Positions 12,294 to 25,596 of a stretch of DNA of 64,000 nt are shown piece after piece. Position 1 is the first letter of the stretch. Each line of letters opens with the position of its first letter. Both the position numbers and the translations under genes were made by a program. Source of the DNA: Lama guanicoe (lineage: Eukaryota); the NCBI GenBank assembly GCA_013239625.1, contig MU053881.1, positions 15,430,373 through 15,494,372 on the forward strand, read 5' to 3'. Under the pieces are notes generated by a model, which had not been told where the DNA came from, made no database searches, and worked only from the letters and a program-made list of their open reading frames with translations.

Positions 12294-12745
12294 AGGTCTA
12301 TTCATGATTGCCCCCACGTGGAAGCAACCCCCGTGTCCATCAGCTGATGAGTGGATAAACAAAATGTGGTTTACTATACAATGGGCTATTAGTCAGTCAT
12401 AACGAGGAATGAAGCCTCATACATTCAACCACAGGGATCAAACTTAAGGAGCCAGACACCAAAGCACACATAGTGTATGAGCTTACGTATGTGAAATGTC
12501 CACAACAGGTAAATGCAGACAGACAGAAAGCAGGTTGCCAGGGGTGGGGGAGGAAAAAATGAGGAGTGACTCCAGATGCGTACATGGTTTCCCTTTGGGG
12601 TGATGGAAGTGTTCCGGAAGTAGATAGAGGTGATGGTTGCCCAACACTGTCAATGTGCTAAATGTCGCTGAATTGTACAGTTTAAAATGGCTAAAATAGT
12701 ATACTTTATGCTATGCGTATTTTAGTACAATAAAAAAAGTAAAAA
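12294..12745 (+). mobile_element. Old LINE-1 (L1M) 3' end fragment
   Basis: gtccatcagctgatgagtggataaacaaaatgtggt...ggtgatggttgcccaacactgtcaatgtgctaaat, A tail. Confidence 0.8.
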
Positions 12746-12810
12746 CAAAACAAAACAAACATCTTGCCGTGCTTCCTGGGCACTGGCTACACCCAGGGCC
12801 CCAGGCCCAC

Positions 12811-12920
12811 CTTGCTGAACCGATGGGAACAGGACGAGAACTGGGGGATCTCCGTGGATGACTCCTCATCATTGGTCTCATCATCCTCTGAGCCCAGGTG
12901 GTGGTAACGTTCCGAGCGTG
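12811..12920 (-). CDS. MAST3: MAST3 exon 19 (AGC C-terminal tail)
   Basis: RSERYHHLGSEDDETNDEESSTEIPQFSSCSHRFSK. Confidence 0.93.
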
Positions 12921-13752
12921 CTGCGGGAGGGAAAGGCTTGTGCAGCCCACCTGATGCCCGGAGGTGGCCACAAGGGCTGTGTCGGGTGAGGTTGGGAGAG
13001 CATCCCAGGTAGGGAGGTGCCGTCAGGGCAAAGGCATTGAGGTGGGACCATGCCTGGTATGTTTAAGGACCAGAGGAGGCTTGGGTGGCAGAGTTAGTAT
13101 CTGGGAACAAATCCCAGTTGTGTCCCTAAAAGCTGTGGGGCTGTGGATGGGAATTCTTGGGTCTGAGCCTCAGTTTCCTTACCCTTGAGATGGGTCACCC
13201 AGAATCAGGTAAAATTGTGCATCTCAAACATAAAGGATGTTCCCCATTTTACAGAAAAGGAAACAGATGCTCAGAGATGACCTCTGTCATGCCACAGATC
13301 ACTCATCAAGTTCTGGAGGAGGCCCTGGAAGCTGAGGGCGTTTACTCTGTGTTCAGCCAGAGCCCCAGGGAGATAGAGATCTGTCCGAGCCCACCTGAAG
13401 TGCTCACCCCCTCCACCAAAGCTGAGCAAGGGACCCCACCCTCCTATATAACAGGCAAGGCTCCATGCCTGGTTCAGCCTCCTGACCCAAAGCAAGGGTC
13501 TGCCATACTCAGTGCCTTGGTTTCCCCTCCTGCAACCCGAGAGGGTGCTGCAGCCTCCTAAGCCCAGATGCACAGGAGATCCTAGCCAGGGGGCAGCCAG
13601 CAGACATGCTCCAGCTTCTTGGAAAGCTCAGGAAGTCGGAAGCTCCAGGCCCAGGGAGAGGCGCCAAGCTTGGGTGGAGACCCTGGCAGATGCCCCCTCG
13701 CTGCCTGGGGTATTATGGGACAGCAGAGCCCACCTCTTGGACCCCGGCTTAC

Positions 13753-13875
13753 TGTCAAAGTAACTGGTGTCATCCTCAGCCTCAAGCTGTGGCACGAACT
13801 CAGCCTTGTGTCGCAGAAGCCCTGCCCAGTCCAGTGTCCGGAAGAAGGGGTGCTGCTTCACTTCGTGGGTGCCAC
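13753..13875 (-). CDS. MAST3: MAST3 exon 18
   Basis: [40 protein letters not shown]. Confidence 0.95.
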
Positions 13876-14575
13876 CTGCAGACATGCCGGGCTGAGTCCT
13901 ACCAGTCCCCACCCCCGGCTCCCTCCTGGGCCAATTAGGAACCCGACCTTGGCCAACGCAGGACTGAAAGATGGGAGGGGAAACCAGCCATCGTTTAAGA
14001 GCCCAGGGAGGGACCAAGCTAGGGCTAGAACCCAGGCCCTGCTCTTCCCTCTGCTAGATTCTGGGATCCCACCACCTGGAGAAACCCGAGCCTTAGGAGG
14101 GCTTCCTTTCCGGGGCCTTTTCCACACGTTTCTACCCCATGGAGCAGAGGTGACTGCATGAAGGTATCCTGTTGCCCAACCTCAGCCCTCACAGTCCTCT
14201 CCAGTGGCCAAGCTTGATCTTGAACATGATCTATAGTGGCCACGTAATTGGGTGGCTGCATGAGTATCAAATAGTCCCTTAATCACTACTGAGGTGGCTG
14301 GGAAACTTAGACAGTGGGATCCACTGGGCTGGGCCTTTGGAGACCTCAGAACATGGTGACCTGGCAAGCTCACATGCACAGCCTCAGTGCCCCTTGTCTG
14401 TACTACACCCAGCTACCTGCTATTCCTTCCAAGTCTTGTGCTAGTTCCTGGCGAGCTCCTATGCATCCTTCAAAATCTCAGTTCCAAGACCCCTCCTCTA
14501 TGCAGCCTCTCAAATAAAGCTCTTGTTTACCCCAGCCCCCATCCCACCCACCTGGGCCCACCCACACCTACATAC

Positions 14576-14677
14576 CAGTGCCTAGACGGTCCAGTGGGCT
14601 CTGTCGGAGCAGCCTGGTGATAAGGTCCTGGGCGTCAGCTGGAAGGGCTTCGTCCCCCTCAGGCCACATGATTTCAT
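14576..14677 (-). CDS. MAST3: MAST3 exon 17
   Basis: [34 protein letters not shown]. Confidence 0.95.
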
Positions 14678-15012
14678 CTAAGTTGAGGGGAGGAGTGAGG
14701 GAGTGAGGGAGCAGGAATAGCCCTTCTGAGCACCTCCCCTCACTCACTGTGCTCCAAGCCATCAGCCAACTCTGCTCCTCCAACATATCAGGCTTGGTCC
14801 TTCATAGTCTTTGTTCTGGCTGTGCCCTCTGCCCAGAGCACCTTCCATCTCTGTGGCTTCCCTTTGCTCCAATAGGCCTCTGTGACTCTACTGAATATAG
14901 CATCATCCCCTCTCCACCTGCCACCCCACCCCCTCCTTCTTCCTGCTGCTTTTCCTCCTTGGCATTCTTTTTGCCTCTGTCTGCTCCATAATTTGCTTGT
15001 TTATCTCCCTTA

Positions 15013-15363
<351 letters not shown>

Positions 15364-15531
15364 CTAGGCCAGGTGGGACAGGGAAACTGAGGATGGCTCC
15401 CAGCCAGGGAAGAAAGGGTGGGTAGAATGATGGGGAGTTCACTTTCTCCTTTTTGCTGCAAAGTTCCCCCCTGTCCCAGGGTCAGGCCCCAGGCAGAGGG
15501 AGGCAGCCCTGTACCCTGCCTGTCCACACAC

Positions 15532-15664
15532 CTGCTTGTCCACAAACTCCCGAGTGTCCTTCTCGATGTGGCCCTCGTAGAGGTTGGTGGCCATGCTCAT
15601 GAGCCCGATCTTGGACAGGCCAAAGTCAGTCAGCTTGATGTGGCCGAGCGAGGTGATGAGCAGG
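15532..15664 (-). CDS. MAST3: MAST3 exon 15 (DFG motif)
   Basis: [44 protein letters not shown]. Confidence 0.96.
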
Positions 15665-15946
15665 CTGTGGGTAGGCAGGTGGTGGGTTCAGGGCTGGGGG
15701 ACCCGAGGTGCCTGGCTGCTCCTGCCGCCCCCTGCCCCTACTCCCAGAACTTGGTTCCACTTGAGGTGGCCTGACCCCTCCTTGGATTGAAAAGCACTTC
15801 CTGTGCACGATCACATTGCTGAAAGAACCAACGGGTCTTGGGCAGTTATTACAAATTTGGCAAACATCTTAGTGTGACTACTGGGTACGTCTGGTGTGGC
15901 TGTTGAGCACCAACTGTGTATGCCACTGTGCAAAAAGAAATTTCCT

Positions 15947-16097
15947 GGGGGGAGGGCATAGCTTAGCAGTAGAGTTCATGCTCAGCAAGCATGAGGTCCT
16001 GGGTTCAACCCCCAGGACCTCCATTAAAACAAACAAACAAACAAACAAATCTAATCAGTCTCCCAAAATTTTTTTAAAATAAAATAAAATAAAATAA
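15947..16097 (+). mobile_element. Vic-1-like SINE with TSD AAATTTCCTG
   Basis: A/B boxes, (AAAAT)n tail, flanking direct repeat. Confidence 0.88.
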
Positions 16098-16198
16098 ATT
16101 TCCTGAGAATCACAGCATCTAATGCCCACTGGGCATTAAAACATCTCCTGAACACCTCCTGAGGGGATCTATAGCATACTTTTGTACACGTGTCCATC

Positions 16199-16346
16199 AT
16201 TTTATTTTATTTTATTTTTTAATTTTTTTGGTGGGGGCAGGTAATTAGATTTATTTGTTTATTTATTCTTAGAGGAGGTACTGGGGATTGAACCCAGGAC
16301 CTCATGCATGCTAAGCATGCGCTCTACTGCTTGAGCTATACCCTGC
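16199..16346 (-). mobile_element. Vic-1-like SINE
   Basis: ggggattgaacccaggacctcatgcatgctaagcatgcgctctactgcttgagctataccc; TSD-like tgtgtccat. Confidence 0.88.
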
Positions 16347-17069
16347 CTTCTGTGTCCATTATTTTAACAAACTAAATACTTTGCAAACAACTATTCATCT
16401 CCCCCATTGAAAAATGAACATATCTTCAGCACCTGCTGTGTACAGAAATGTCTGCACACCTCACGAGTTTTAAAAACCTGCACACCTACCACATATGCTG
16501 TTGTTCAAGTTTTCCTGCAAACTTAAGTATGTAAAAGTTTTCAGTGATAAAATGATATGCCCCATCTTTATAAAGTCACATTTTCAGGCACCTCCTGGGT
16601 ACATCTGCCATTTAAAAAGTAAATTTCTGGAGAATTCACTGTGTGTATCCAGGCTGTCTGATGAACCATTTTGGGGGGGCACCTACCATGTATCTCAAAT
16701 AGGGATGTTTCTTGAGCAACTATTGCGTACACCAGTGGAAAAAGCATTTTGGTATAGCTACCAGGTGAGCCAACCGACACCTTCAAACCAAGGCTGTGCA
16801 GCAGGCCTGGAGCCACCATCTGCCAAGACAACCAGTGTTTCTTGAACTCTAAGGGGCAAGTCCCTGTCAAAAAAAATGTTGATTTCTTGAATGCTGACTA
16901 TATTTGGTATTTAAAACTGTTTCCTTCTCACAAAGAAAATGACATGATGCCTGGGATTTGCTTCAAATCATCCAGTGTGGAGGACGGAGAGGGTGAGGAG
17001 GAAATAGGACTGGCCTGTGGGATCTGAATAAGGATGTGGGGAATGGAGGTGGGGCATGGTACACTTCTT

Positions 17070-17516
17070 CTGTTATGGTCTGAATTATGTACCCCCAAAT
17101 TCATAGGTCCTAACCCCCAGGAATTACAAACATGACCTTATTTGGAGATAGGGTCATTGAAGGTGTGAATAGTTAAGATATGGTCATACTGGAGGACAGT
17201 GGTCCCTAATCCAATGTGACCAGTGTCCTTGTGAAAAAGGGGAAATTTGGACACAGACATGCACACGGGGGAATGAGATGTAAAGATGACAGCTACCTGA
17301 AACTAATGCTGTAAATCAACTACACTTTAGTTAAAAAACTGCAAGAAAAGAAAAAGATGAGAGTTATCCTGGCCACAGCCAAAGAACTACCAGAAGCCAG
17401 GAGAGAGGCCTGGACAGATCCTTCCCTGTCACCTCCAGAGCTGTGAGAATAAATTTCTGCTGTTTCAGCCTCCCGGTCCGTGGGGCTTTATTAGGGCAGC
17501 CTTAGCAAACTAATAT
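17070..17516. mobile_element. MaLR LTR (MLT1-like)
   Basis: tgttatggtctgaattatgtacccccaaattcata...aataaatttctgctgttt...gcagccttagcaaactaata. Confidence 0.75.
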
Positions 17517-18559
17517 GCCTCGTCCTGACTTGGGTTGTATCTGAAATTTTCCGACGTGAAAAGGAAAAAATCTTTTTTCCAAGCACCTACTGTGTGCATT
17601 TGTCCCTCCCTGAAGCCCCTGGTGCCAGGCACCTTCCCACCCCGTTTTGCTGATGAGCGTGGGAGGGGCAGGTCCTGCCTTGGGATCAGACCTGAGACAC
17701 TTGGGAAGACCCTACTCTAGGATGATCGATCCCACAGCGGCCTGATGGGCACAGAGCAGCCTTACAGTGTCGAGCACAGAGGCCCAGATATACAGTAGGT
17801 GCCAACTATGCATTTGCTTTGTTTACTCAGCCACTCGCAAACTACAATACTCCCTGAAAACATGCAGGGCTCTTAAGCCTTATGTTCACATCCCCACATA
17901 GCAAGTACTTCCTTTGGAAGTACTTCCCCTGTCCCTGGCACACAGTAGGTGCTCAATGCATGCTGACCTCAAAATAAAAAATTCTAAAAAGGCAGTTAAA
18001 GTGTTCAGGGCCTGACCCACAGTCATTGCCTAACAACTGCTGTTGTGATCACCTTTATACAGCTGGTGCCCAATAAATACATGCCAGCTAAAAAATGTGC
18101 TTTATAAACCCAAAAGGGTCATTGGAGTGTGAGGAGTTAATTATACCACTGTTTGGGTTCCTTAAAATGGCTAGTACAGACTCACGTATATAACAAGTGC
18201 CAAATACATTCACTTTGTTTTCTCAGCCACTCGCAAACTCAAGATGAAACCTGAAGCCTGAAAACATGCAGGCTTCTTAAGGCTACTTCTACATCCCCGC
18301 ACAGCAGTTACCTGAGAAACTCAAAACTTCTTGCCTGCTACCCAGAGGGTACTTGATATAAGAGCAGCCCTTTCCTCTGTAGACACTAGGTGCTCAATTA
18401 ATGCAGGGAAGAATGCTTTGAAAATTACAAAGCATGAGGGATTATTCACACTCACACTTGTGTTTCCCAGTCACCCACAGAGGACCTGGCACTCAGTACG
18501 TGCTTACCAGATGCTAGAACAAAATAAATACCCCCAAGATGCTCAATAAACATGTTTTT

Positions 18560-18665
18560 GGGGGTGGGGGTATAGCTCAGTGGCAGAGTGCAAGCTTGGC
18601 ATGCATGAGGTCCTGGGTTCAATCCCCAGTGCCTCTGTTAAGGGAAAAAAAAGAAAAAAATCAAA
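18560..18665 (+). mobile_element. Vic-1-like SINE
   Basis: gggggtatagctcagtggcagagtgc...ggttcaatcccc, A tail; TSD-like aataaa(a)ca(t/c)gtt. Confidence 0.87.
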
Positions 18666-19114
18666 TAAAACACGTTCTCTTCCTTTCCTCCCTGCACTCA
18701 TACACAGCAGGTGCTCAAGACATGCACAGTTCCTTTCTTCACACATAAGATCTTACCAAGTGCATGTCACTGCTCTTTGTATACAGCTGGTGCCTCATAA
18801 GTGCACGTTCACTCCCCTGGTGCGGCAGTAGCTCTGTGAGTGCATGGTCCCTTCCCTGCTTAGTTTGTGTACCCTCTCTTTGCCTGGCAGAATCTCCCTA
18901 AGTGCACTGTCCTTCCCCTGCACACAGCAGGTGCCTATTAATAGTACTTGCTCTCCTCTGTACACACCAGGAGGATACCTGCTCAATGTTGCCAGGATCC
19001 CTGGCTTCCTACCACAGGGGTTCCAGGATGCCAGCAGGATCCAGATGGCAGGGCTCATGAGTAGCCCCAGGCCCGCTCAGAGGCCCCACCCCTTGAAGCC
19101 CCAGGACCGCTCAC

Positions 19115-19253
19115 TTGTCAGGCTTGAGGTCCCGGTGCACAATGCCATAGTTGTGCAGGTACTCGAGCGCCAGCACTGTCTCAGCGAAGTACATGCGGGC
19201 CATATCCACAGGCAGCGGGCCCATGTTCTTGAGGAGTGTGGCACAGTCGCCGC
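19115..19253 (-). CDS. MAST3: MAST3 exon 14 (HRD motif)
   Basis: [45 protein letters not shown]. Confidence 0.96.
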
Positions 19254-19895
19254 CTGCAGAGGGGCAAACATGCTGGCAGAGGCCCTCGGCTCTACAGCCG
19301 TGCCCAGAATTGTGCCTACATGACTTCCCCATCTCTTGCAAAGCGTCCCCAATCTGTCCTCAATCGAGATGGGGAACTGGGACGGGGAGGAGGGCAGGCA
19401 GACCCTGCCTTCTGACTTTCCCCTGGCTGGGCAACAGCTCTGTAAGTGCACAGTCCCTTACACAGTAGGTGCCTCCTAAGTGCACACTCCCTCTCTTTGC
19501 CTGGCAGCACCTTGGTAAATGCACGACCCTGCCCTTACCTGAAGGCCCTGTTCTTTCCTGAACTGAACTGGAATCCTGATCCCACAATTCCTTACCCTGG
19601 CCTCCCACCCATGCCGCCCTCCCTTCTCTGCTCTTACTCTAGCCTCCAGGCCTCTGCCTGCCAGTCTCCCCTGCCTAGGCTGTCCATCCCACCCCTATTC
19701 CCTAGGGTCCTGCCCTCACACTCCTCTTTGGCACCCCCCGGACCCAACTCCCCGCCACAGACAGAGGGTCTCCAAGGCAGGCTGGGACCCCATGGAGGAC
19801 AGAGTAAGACCTTAGCTTGGTCACAGGAGGGACAGTCTCCCGGATAAGGGGTGAGCTCCCCATTGCTGGAGGCATACAAGCCCCAGTAACCGCAC

Positions 19896-20104
19896 CTTCC
19901 ACATACTCCATGACCATGCACAGGTGGCGCCGGGTCTCGAACGAGCAGAACATGCTGACCACAAAAGGATTCTCGGCAAAGGTGAGGATGTCACGCTCCA
20001 CGAAGACCTGCTGGATCTGGTTGCGCAGGATCAGGTTCTGCTTGTTGATCTTCTTAATGGCAAAGCGCTGCCTTGTGTCCCGGTGCCGCACCAGGTAGAC
20101 AGCA
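19896..20104 (-). CDS. MAST3: MAST3 exon 13
   Basis: [69 protein letters not shown]. Confidence 0.96.
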
Positions 20105-20882
20105 CTGTAGCGGGGTGGGGAGGACCAGGCTCCCTGAGGCCGGAGATCTAGGCCCTGGTAGGCACTGGACTGACCTGGGCCCAGAATCCCACCTGCTGTG
20201 CCTTCCACACAGAACACCCATTCTCCTTACCTGGCCTTTCTCCCAAAGCACCCACCTCATGGGTTTAAGCCACCTTCCGTGGTGTCATATAAAGAGCCAC
20301 AGATGGCCCGTAGGTTGTTAATTTCTTTACAGCCGACTGAGACCGTAAGCTCAAAAGCCCACTGGCACAAACTCAAATTGCTTTAAATATAGCTCAAATA
20401 AGCAGATTTTTAGCCATTTAGAGCCTGCTGGCTTTGCGCTCCCTGACTATAAAGACCCCAAGCTGCTCCTGCCCTGTAGCACTCTCTGACCCAGAGACTC
20501 CCCACCGTGCTGCTAAGCTATGCCACCTGGACACACGTAAGCCACCTCTGAGCCCCCTTGGGATGGTCTTAAGCTGTGAGGGACTCCCCCTGCCACAAAC
20601 CTGTCCAAGTGGCACTTAAATCCTGCTCGCTGCATGTTACTGTCATTACTTGGCCATCTTTTTCCTTGATCAGCCCCCAAATTCCTAGAATCCTCTAGAC
20701 CTGGGGCAAGGAAGGACCGAGATCAAGGCCAAGCCCTTCCAAGGCCACACCTTGGCTGTGTTGCCTCTCCACTTCCCTCTGTGGGCCTCAGTTTCCCTGT
20801 CTGCACACTCAGGGGCCTAGTGGGCTTCAGCCATCCCCATGCGCATCTGAGAAATGGGTCTATAGGGCACCCAAGGACTCAC

Positions 20883-20968
20883 CCATAGGCCCCATTGCTA
20901 ATGAGCTTGATAGTCTCGAAGTCGCTCTCACATGGCTTCCTCCGTGAAGGGCCGACCAGGGCACGACT
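20883..20968 (-). CDS. MAST3: MAST3 exon 12 (kinase start, Gly-rich loop)
   Basis: SRALVGPSRRKPCESDFETIKLISNGAYG. Confidence 0.94.
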
Positions 20969-21379
20969 CTGCGGGGCAAGAGGGAATTAGGATCTTGCCC
21001 CACCACAGAGAAGGCTCGGTTCCTCCCGCCCCAAGTCCCAACCACTGGTCCTGGCACCTGATGTTACTTCCTCCCCTGTGCAAACTTCACAAACTCAGCT
21101 TTGGAGTTTCTGAGCTCTTGCTCAAGACATACATGCCCACCATCTAGAACACTCCTACACATCCTTCAAAACTCCCCTTTCCTTAGCCCCCTCCAACTCT
21201 GCCCTGTCCAACCTGCATGGCAGGGCAATCTCACTTGCCCCCACCTTCCCCACAAAGTCACAGGCATTTATTAAGCACCTACTACATGCAAAACTTCAGC
21301 AAACAGCAAACCCAGCACCTCCGTGGCCAGCTGGTCAAAAGAGTAAGACAAGTGGGGTCGCCAAAGCTCTGTGACTTAC

Positions 21380-21444
21380 CTCTGGGGACTCTGGTGCTGG
21401 AGGCTGTCCTCCACTGTCATCGAGGTGACTCAGAGGCACCATCT
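21380..21444 (-). CDS. MAST3: MAST3 exon 11
   Basis: EMVPLSHLDDSGGQPPAPESPE; CAG acceptor, GTAAGT donor; phases fit. Confidence 0.88.
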
Positions 21445-23004
21445 CTGTAAGATGAGGGAGGATCCTCGAATGGGGTTTCTGAGTCCTGCCTCTCCATCAC
21501 CCAGAGGGTTTCTTACGGGACTTATCCTGGGCTGGAGAAGTGGTGCCTCCCCTGACCAGCTCCCAAGATACTGTCACTGAGCCCCTATTGCATGTAGATC
21601 TCGGTCAAACCCAGGAAGCTGAACTGAGCAATGACTGAGGAAACTTCTAGAAGAGCCAGTGGGAAGCCCAGGCTCCACCTGATCAGCTTTTTTTGAACCC
21701 TGGCTCTGAGCCTTGGGCCTGTGATGTGGGCCCTCTGGGTAATGACTCTTAACATCCTCCTAAGCTCAGGACAAGGCTGGGAGGATCCACCTTACTTTCC
21801 AGCCCCAGGGCTTAGCACAGGGGCAGCCTTGAGTGGTGGGTGAATGTCAGCGGTGATGGTGGCAATGAAGACAGTGATTAATGATCACAGAGCAACAGAG
21901 CAAGGCGGGGGGCAGGGCAGGGCAGTGGAGCCTCAGGGTGAGGGAGGCTGGGTTCAAATGTAGACTCTCCCACTCTCCATGGCAACCCGCTCCGTGCAGT
22001 GCTGGGTATATGATCTGCCCCCACAGTCCCAGCTGCCACCTGCCTGCCTAGCCACTTCCTGCTTCCTCTGACCTCCCTGGGCCCATCCACAGTGCCACCT
22101 GCGTCATCTTCATCAGACAGACAGGAGGACGGCTGTGGCCATACAGCCAGTCTATGGGCGATCTGGCCTCAGGCACATCTGGGTCTGAACCTCAGCTCAA
22201 CCTCACCTGCCTGGAGCCTTGGTCTTTCCAGCTTTAAAGGGGACAAAGGCAGAACAGACCCTGGCTTGATGCAGCAACAATGCTCAGCGGACACCAGCCA
22301 CTGTAGCTTGCCCCTCTTGACCCTGCCACCTTCCCCCAGCTCCCCTCCTTCCTCTCTGCTCTTGCAACATGCCAGGCACAGTCCTACCCGAGGACCTTTG
22401 CCTTCACCATTCCCCCTGTCTGATTCACCTTCTCTCTTCCCCAGATCTTCACCTGGTCACTGCTCTGTCCTCCAGGCCCCAACGTGAACATCATCTCTTC
22501 CCAAAGCTTCCCTGCCTACTCCCAGACCAGGCCAGGTCCAAGTTCAATGCTCCCCTGGCACCACGTCTCAGATGCTCCCTTGTCCTGGCTGTTTGGGGGA
22601 CTCCTTGACTGCCCTGGTCATGCTCACAGGTTGCCCTGTCTGACTCTGTCCCACTTCCTGGGCCACAGTCAGGTGAAACTGGCAAAGTGCTTGGTGAATT
22701 CACAGGACAATGTGAATCCATTACTAACGGTAGCCCCCTGGCCTCCTGGCCCATCTTGACTTAGCATTTGAGGACACTGAGGCTCCAAGATCCTGGCAGG
22801 TTAAGGGGTCCAACTTGTGGCTGCCTTATCCCGAAATCCTGGGTACTGTCCCCACAATGTACCCTGCAGGTGGCCGAGGACAGGGCTGCAGACAGGACGG
22901 ATGGTGTGGTGGCTCTGGAGTCAGATGGGTGTGGGTCGGACTCCCAGCTCCACCCTAGACTTGCCGTAGTTTCCTCTTTCTGTCCCAGTCCCACCCCAGC
23001 TCAC

Positions 23005-23137
23005 CCTGGAGAGGGTCCTTCGTCAGGCCCAGCTGCTCAATGATGTACTGTGGCAGGTCCGTCTTGATGCCCTGGCCCTCACGGGCCTGGCCCTCAGCAG
23101 CCTCCAGCAGGTGGTAAAACTCCTCAGGGTCAAACTC
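23005..23137 (-). CDS. MAST3: MAST3 exon 10
   Basis: [44 protein letters not shown]. Confidence 0.94.
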
Positions 23138-23417
23138 CTGGGGGTGCAGAGGGACTGGTCAGCCGAGGCCAGGTCCTACCCACAGGCCTCTGCACAGGCC
23201 ACGCCCTCTGTCTAGAGCACCCTCACTGGCAGCTCCAACTTGTCCCCAAGATCTTAGCTCCTGGCGCCTTCTCTGAGAAGCCCCCTCTGCCTGCAGGCAT
23301 CCTGTATTCTTCTTAAAACCCTACATGATGGGGTCTCTTGTATCTCGGCAGGACCGCTGGGAGCCTGGTCTCAGCCCTGCCAGGACCCTACACCCGGCTG
23401 TGTGCCAAGAGACTCAC

Positions 23418-23519
23418 CAGGCACTCGAGGAGCCTCGCTGGCCGCGAGATGATGATCAGCAGCTTCCTGACGAGCTGGACAATGAAGCCAACTTCCTCAC
23501 TGTCTGAGCGCTCGTGGGC
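23418..23519 (-). CDS. MAST3: MAST3 exon 9
   Basis: [34 protein letters not shown]. Confidence 0.94.
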
Positions 23520-23611
23520 CTGGGGGCAGATGGGTGGTTGCGTCACCCACAGGACCTTGGTCCCACCCTGCCCTGCCTGAGGACCCCTAACCCAGCACCC
23601 CCACCACACAC

Positions 23612-23821
23612 ATCCTGCAGCAGCCTCTCCAGCTTCTCCTGCATCTCCAGGAAGTAGCGGGAGGTGACAAGCGCCTCTCCAGACTTGGCTAGGCAGTCAC
23701 GGGCCAGCTCGATGATTTGGTGGTGTATGAAGCCCAGGACGCCGTCGGCCAGTGCCAGCCGGGAGCCGGGCGAGAAGGTGGCCAAGAACTCCTGTAGACG
23801 GCCCTCCATCTGTGCTGTGGC
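23612..23821 (-). CDS. MAST3: MAST3 exon 8
   Basis: [13 protein letters not shown]...[47 protein letters not shown]. Confidence 0.95.
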
Positions 23822-24132
23822 CTGGGAAGTGGGGAGAGGGGGTGACCTGGTCACTGGGCAGGGCTAGGGAGTGACATACACAGACTGGGGCAAGAGAGAC
23901 TGTCGGGGAGAGGGAGGAAATGTGATGATGGGGTCCGAGGATTGGAGGGAATGAAATATGTACACAAAGGGGTTGGAGGGGGAGGGTTGAGACAGAGAGA
24001 GAGATGAGACAAAAGGAGAAACCAGAAATGGACAGATTGGGGGGCACACAGCCAGGAAGACAGAGCGTGCCATGGAGGGAACAGCAATGCGGAGGGAATT
24101 TGGAGCTGGTCCAGCCACCAGGCGCTGCCCAC

Positions 24133-24208
24133 CTTGGGGAATCTCTCCCGGTACACATGATTCATCATGACGATCTCATTGTCGAAGGTCCCTGTTGTGC
24201 GTCCAGGG
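24133..24208 (-). CDS. MAST3: MAST3 exon 7
   Basis: PGRTTGTFDNEIVMMNHVYRERFPK. Confidence 0.94.
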
Positions 24209-24388
24209 CTGAAGAGGGGGAACAAGTGGCTCATGACAGGGGACCCAAAACACAGCTCAGGACAGGGCAGCTGAGCCAGGACTAAGGGCCACGGGCCAGG
24301 GGCCAGGCTCGGGCAGGGTCAGGACCAGGGGTGGAGGAGGAGCCAGCCCAGGGAGGGGCTGGGGCTGGGGTCAGAGGTCGAGGCCCAC

Positions 24389-24549
24389 CTGAGGCTGCGG
24401 GAGCGGGGGCGAAGGCGCGGTGAGCGGTGGCCACCCTCCTCATCAGCCACGCTGTCTGAGCTGCGGAAATGCTTGGACAGGAAGCAGAGTTCGTCCGGTG
24501 TCGGTTGGAAAGGAAGCTGGTGGAGGCGCTCCCGGGAGGATGAGCTCGA
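24389..24549 (-). CDS. MAST3: MAST3 exon 6
   Basis: [54 protein letters not shown]. Confidence 0.94.
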
Positions 24550-24846
24550 CTGGCAGAAGGGGGTATCAGGGCCATGGGTTCATGCTCAGCACCACAGCCA
24601 GGACCCTGGCACTATCCCTCAAGGCCCAGCCTGTCTGCTGGTCATCACATGGTAACTCTCCTGCCTGGTACCTATGCATCCCTCAAAACTCCAGCTTTGA
24701 TGCCCCCTCCTCCAGGAAGCCCTCGCTACCTGATTTCTTGGCAGCCCTACGACCTCCTCTGGCCAGGCCCTCCCTGACCATACAAAGATGAGGATATCTG
24801 TGTACCCCAGACTGGGAGCTCCTTGGGCCAAGGCTGGGTCCTTTCA

Positions 24847-25098
<252 letters not shown>

Positions 25099-25596
25099 TT
25101 AGAAGGAAGGCACAGCCCCTGGGGTCTGTGGGGACCAAGGGCAGACACTACGGCTGGCAGATTGTGGCCAGTTGGAGGAAGGACCTTCTGAAAAGGCTGA
25201 GAACAGGGATACAGGGTAAGCAACTAAGCGTTTTCTTCTTGTTCTTCAGATGCCTCCTCCAGGAAGTCCTCCCTAATGCCAACTGCCAGGATGTTCCCTA
25301 ACAAAGCTCTTCTCTGAGTCGCAGCAGCTAGGGTACACACTAGCCACCCCTGCCAGACTGAGGATTCCCTGAGGGCGAAAGTCCATCCTCCAATTCCTTA
25401 GCCCCCAGCATAGGGCATGCCACCCAGCAGGCACCAAATAAACATTGTTGAGTGAATAAGTGACATTTAAAGGCCTGGCACACAACAGGTCCTCCATCAG
25501 CTCTGGTTAAGTGAATCAATAACTTTTAGTGAATGAATGATTCTTGGACTGGGCCATGCCACCCCCTCCTCCTCCCTGAGGGCTCACAGAAATTAC

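Noticed and set aside
13619..14161. 180-aa plus-strand ORF and similar ORFs antisense to MAST3 exons
   Set aside because: Shadow frames of GC-rich coding exons, mostly with non-ATG starts and no domain features
16350..16960. AT-richer intronic block with 100-116 aa ORFs, considered as a retrocopy or foreign insert
   Set aside because: No recognisable protein similarity, poly(A) tail or TSD; I cannot support a call without a database search
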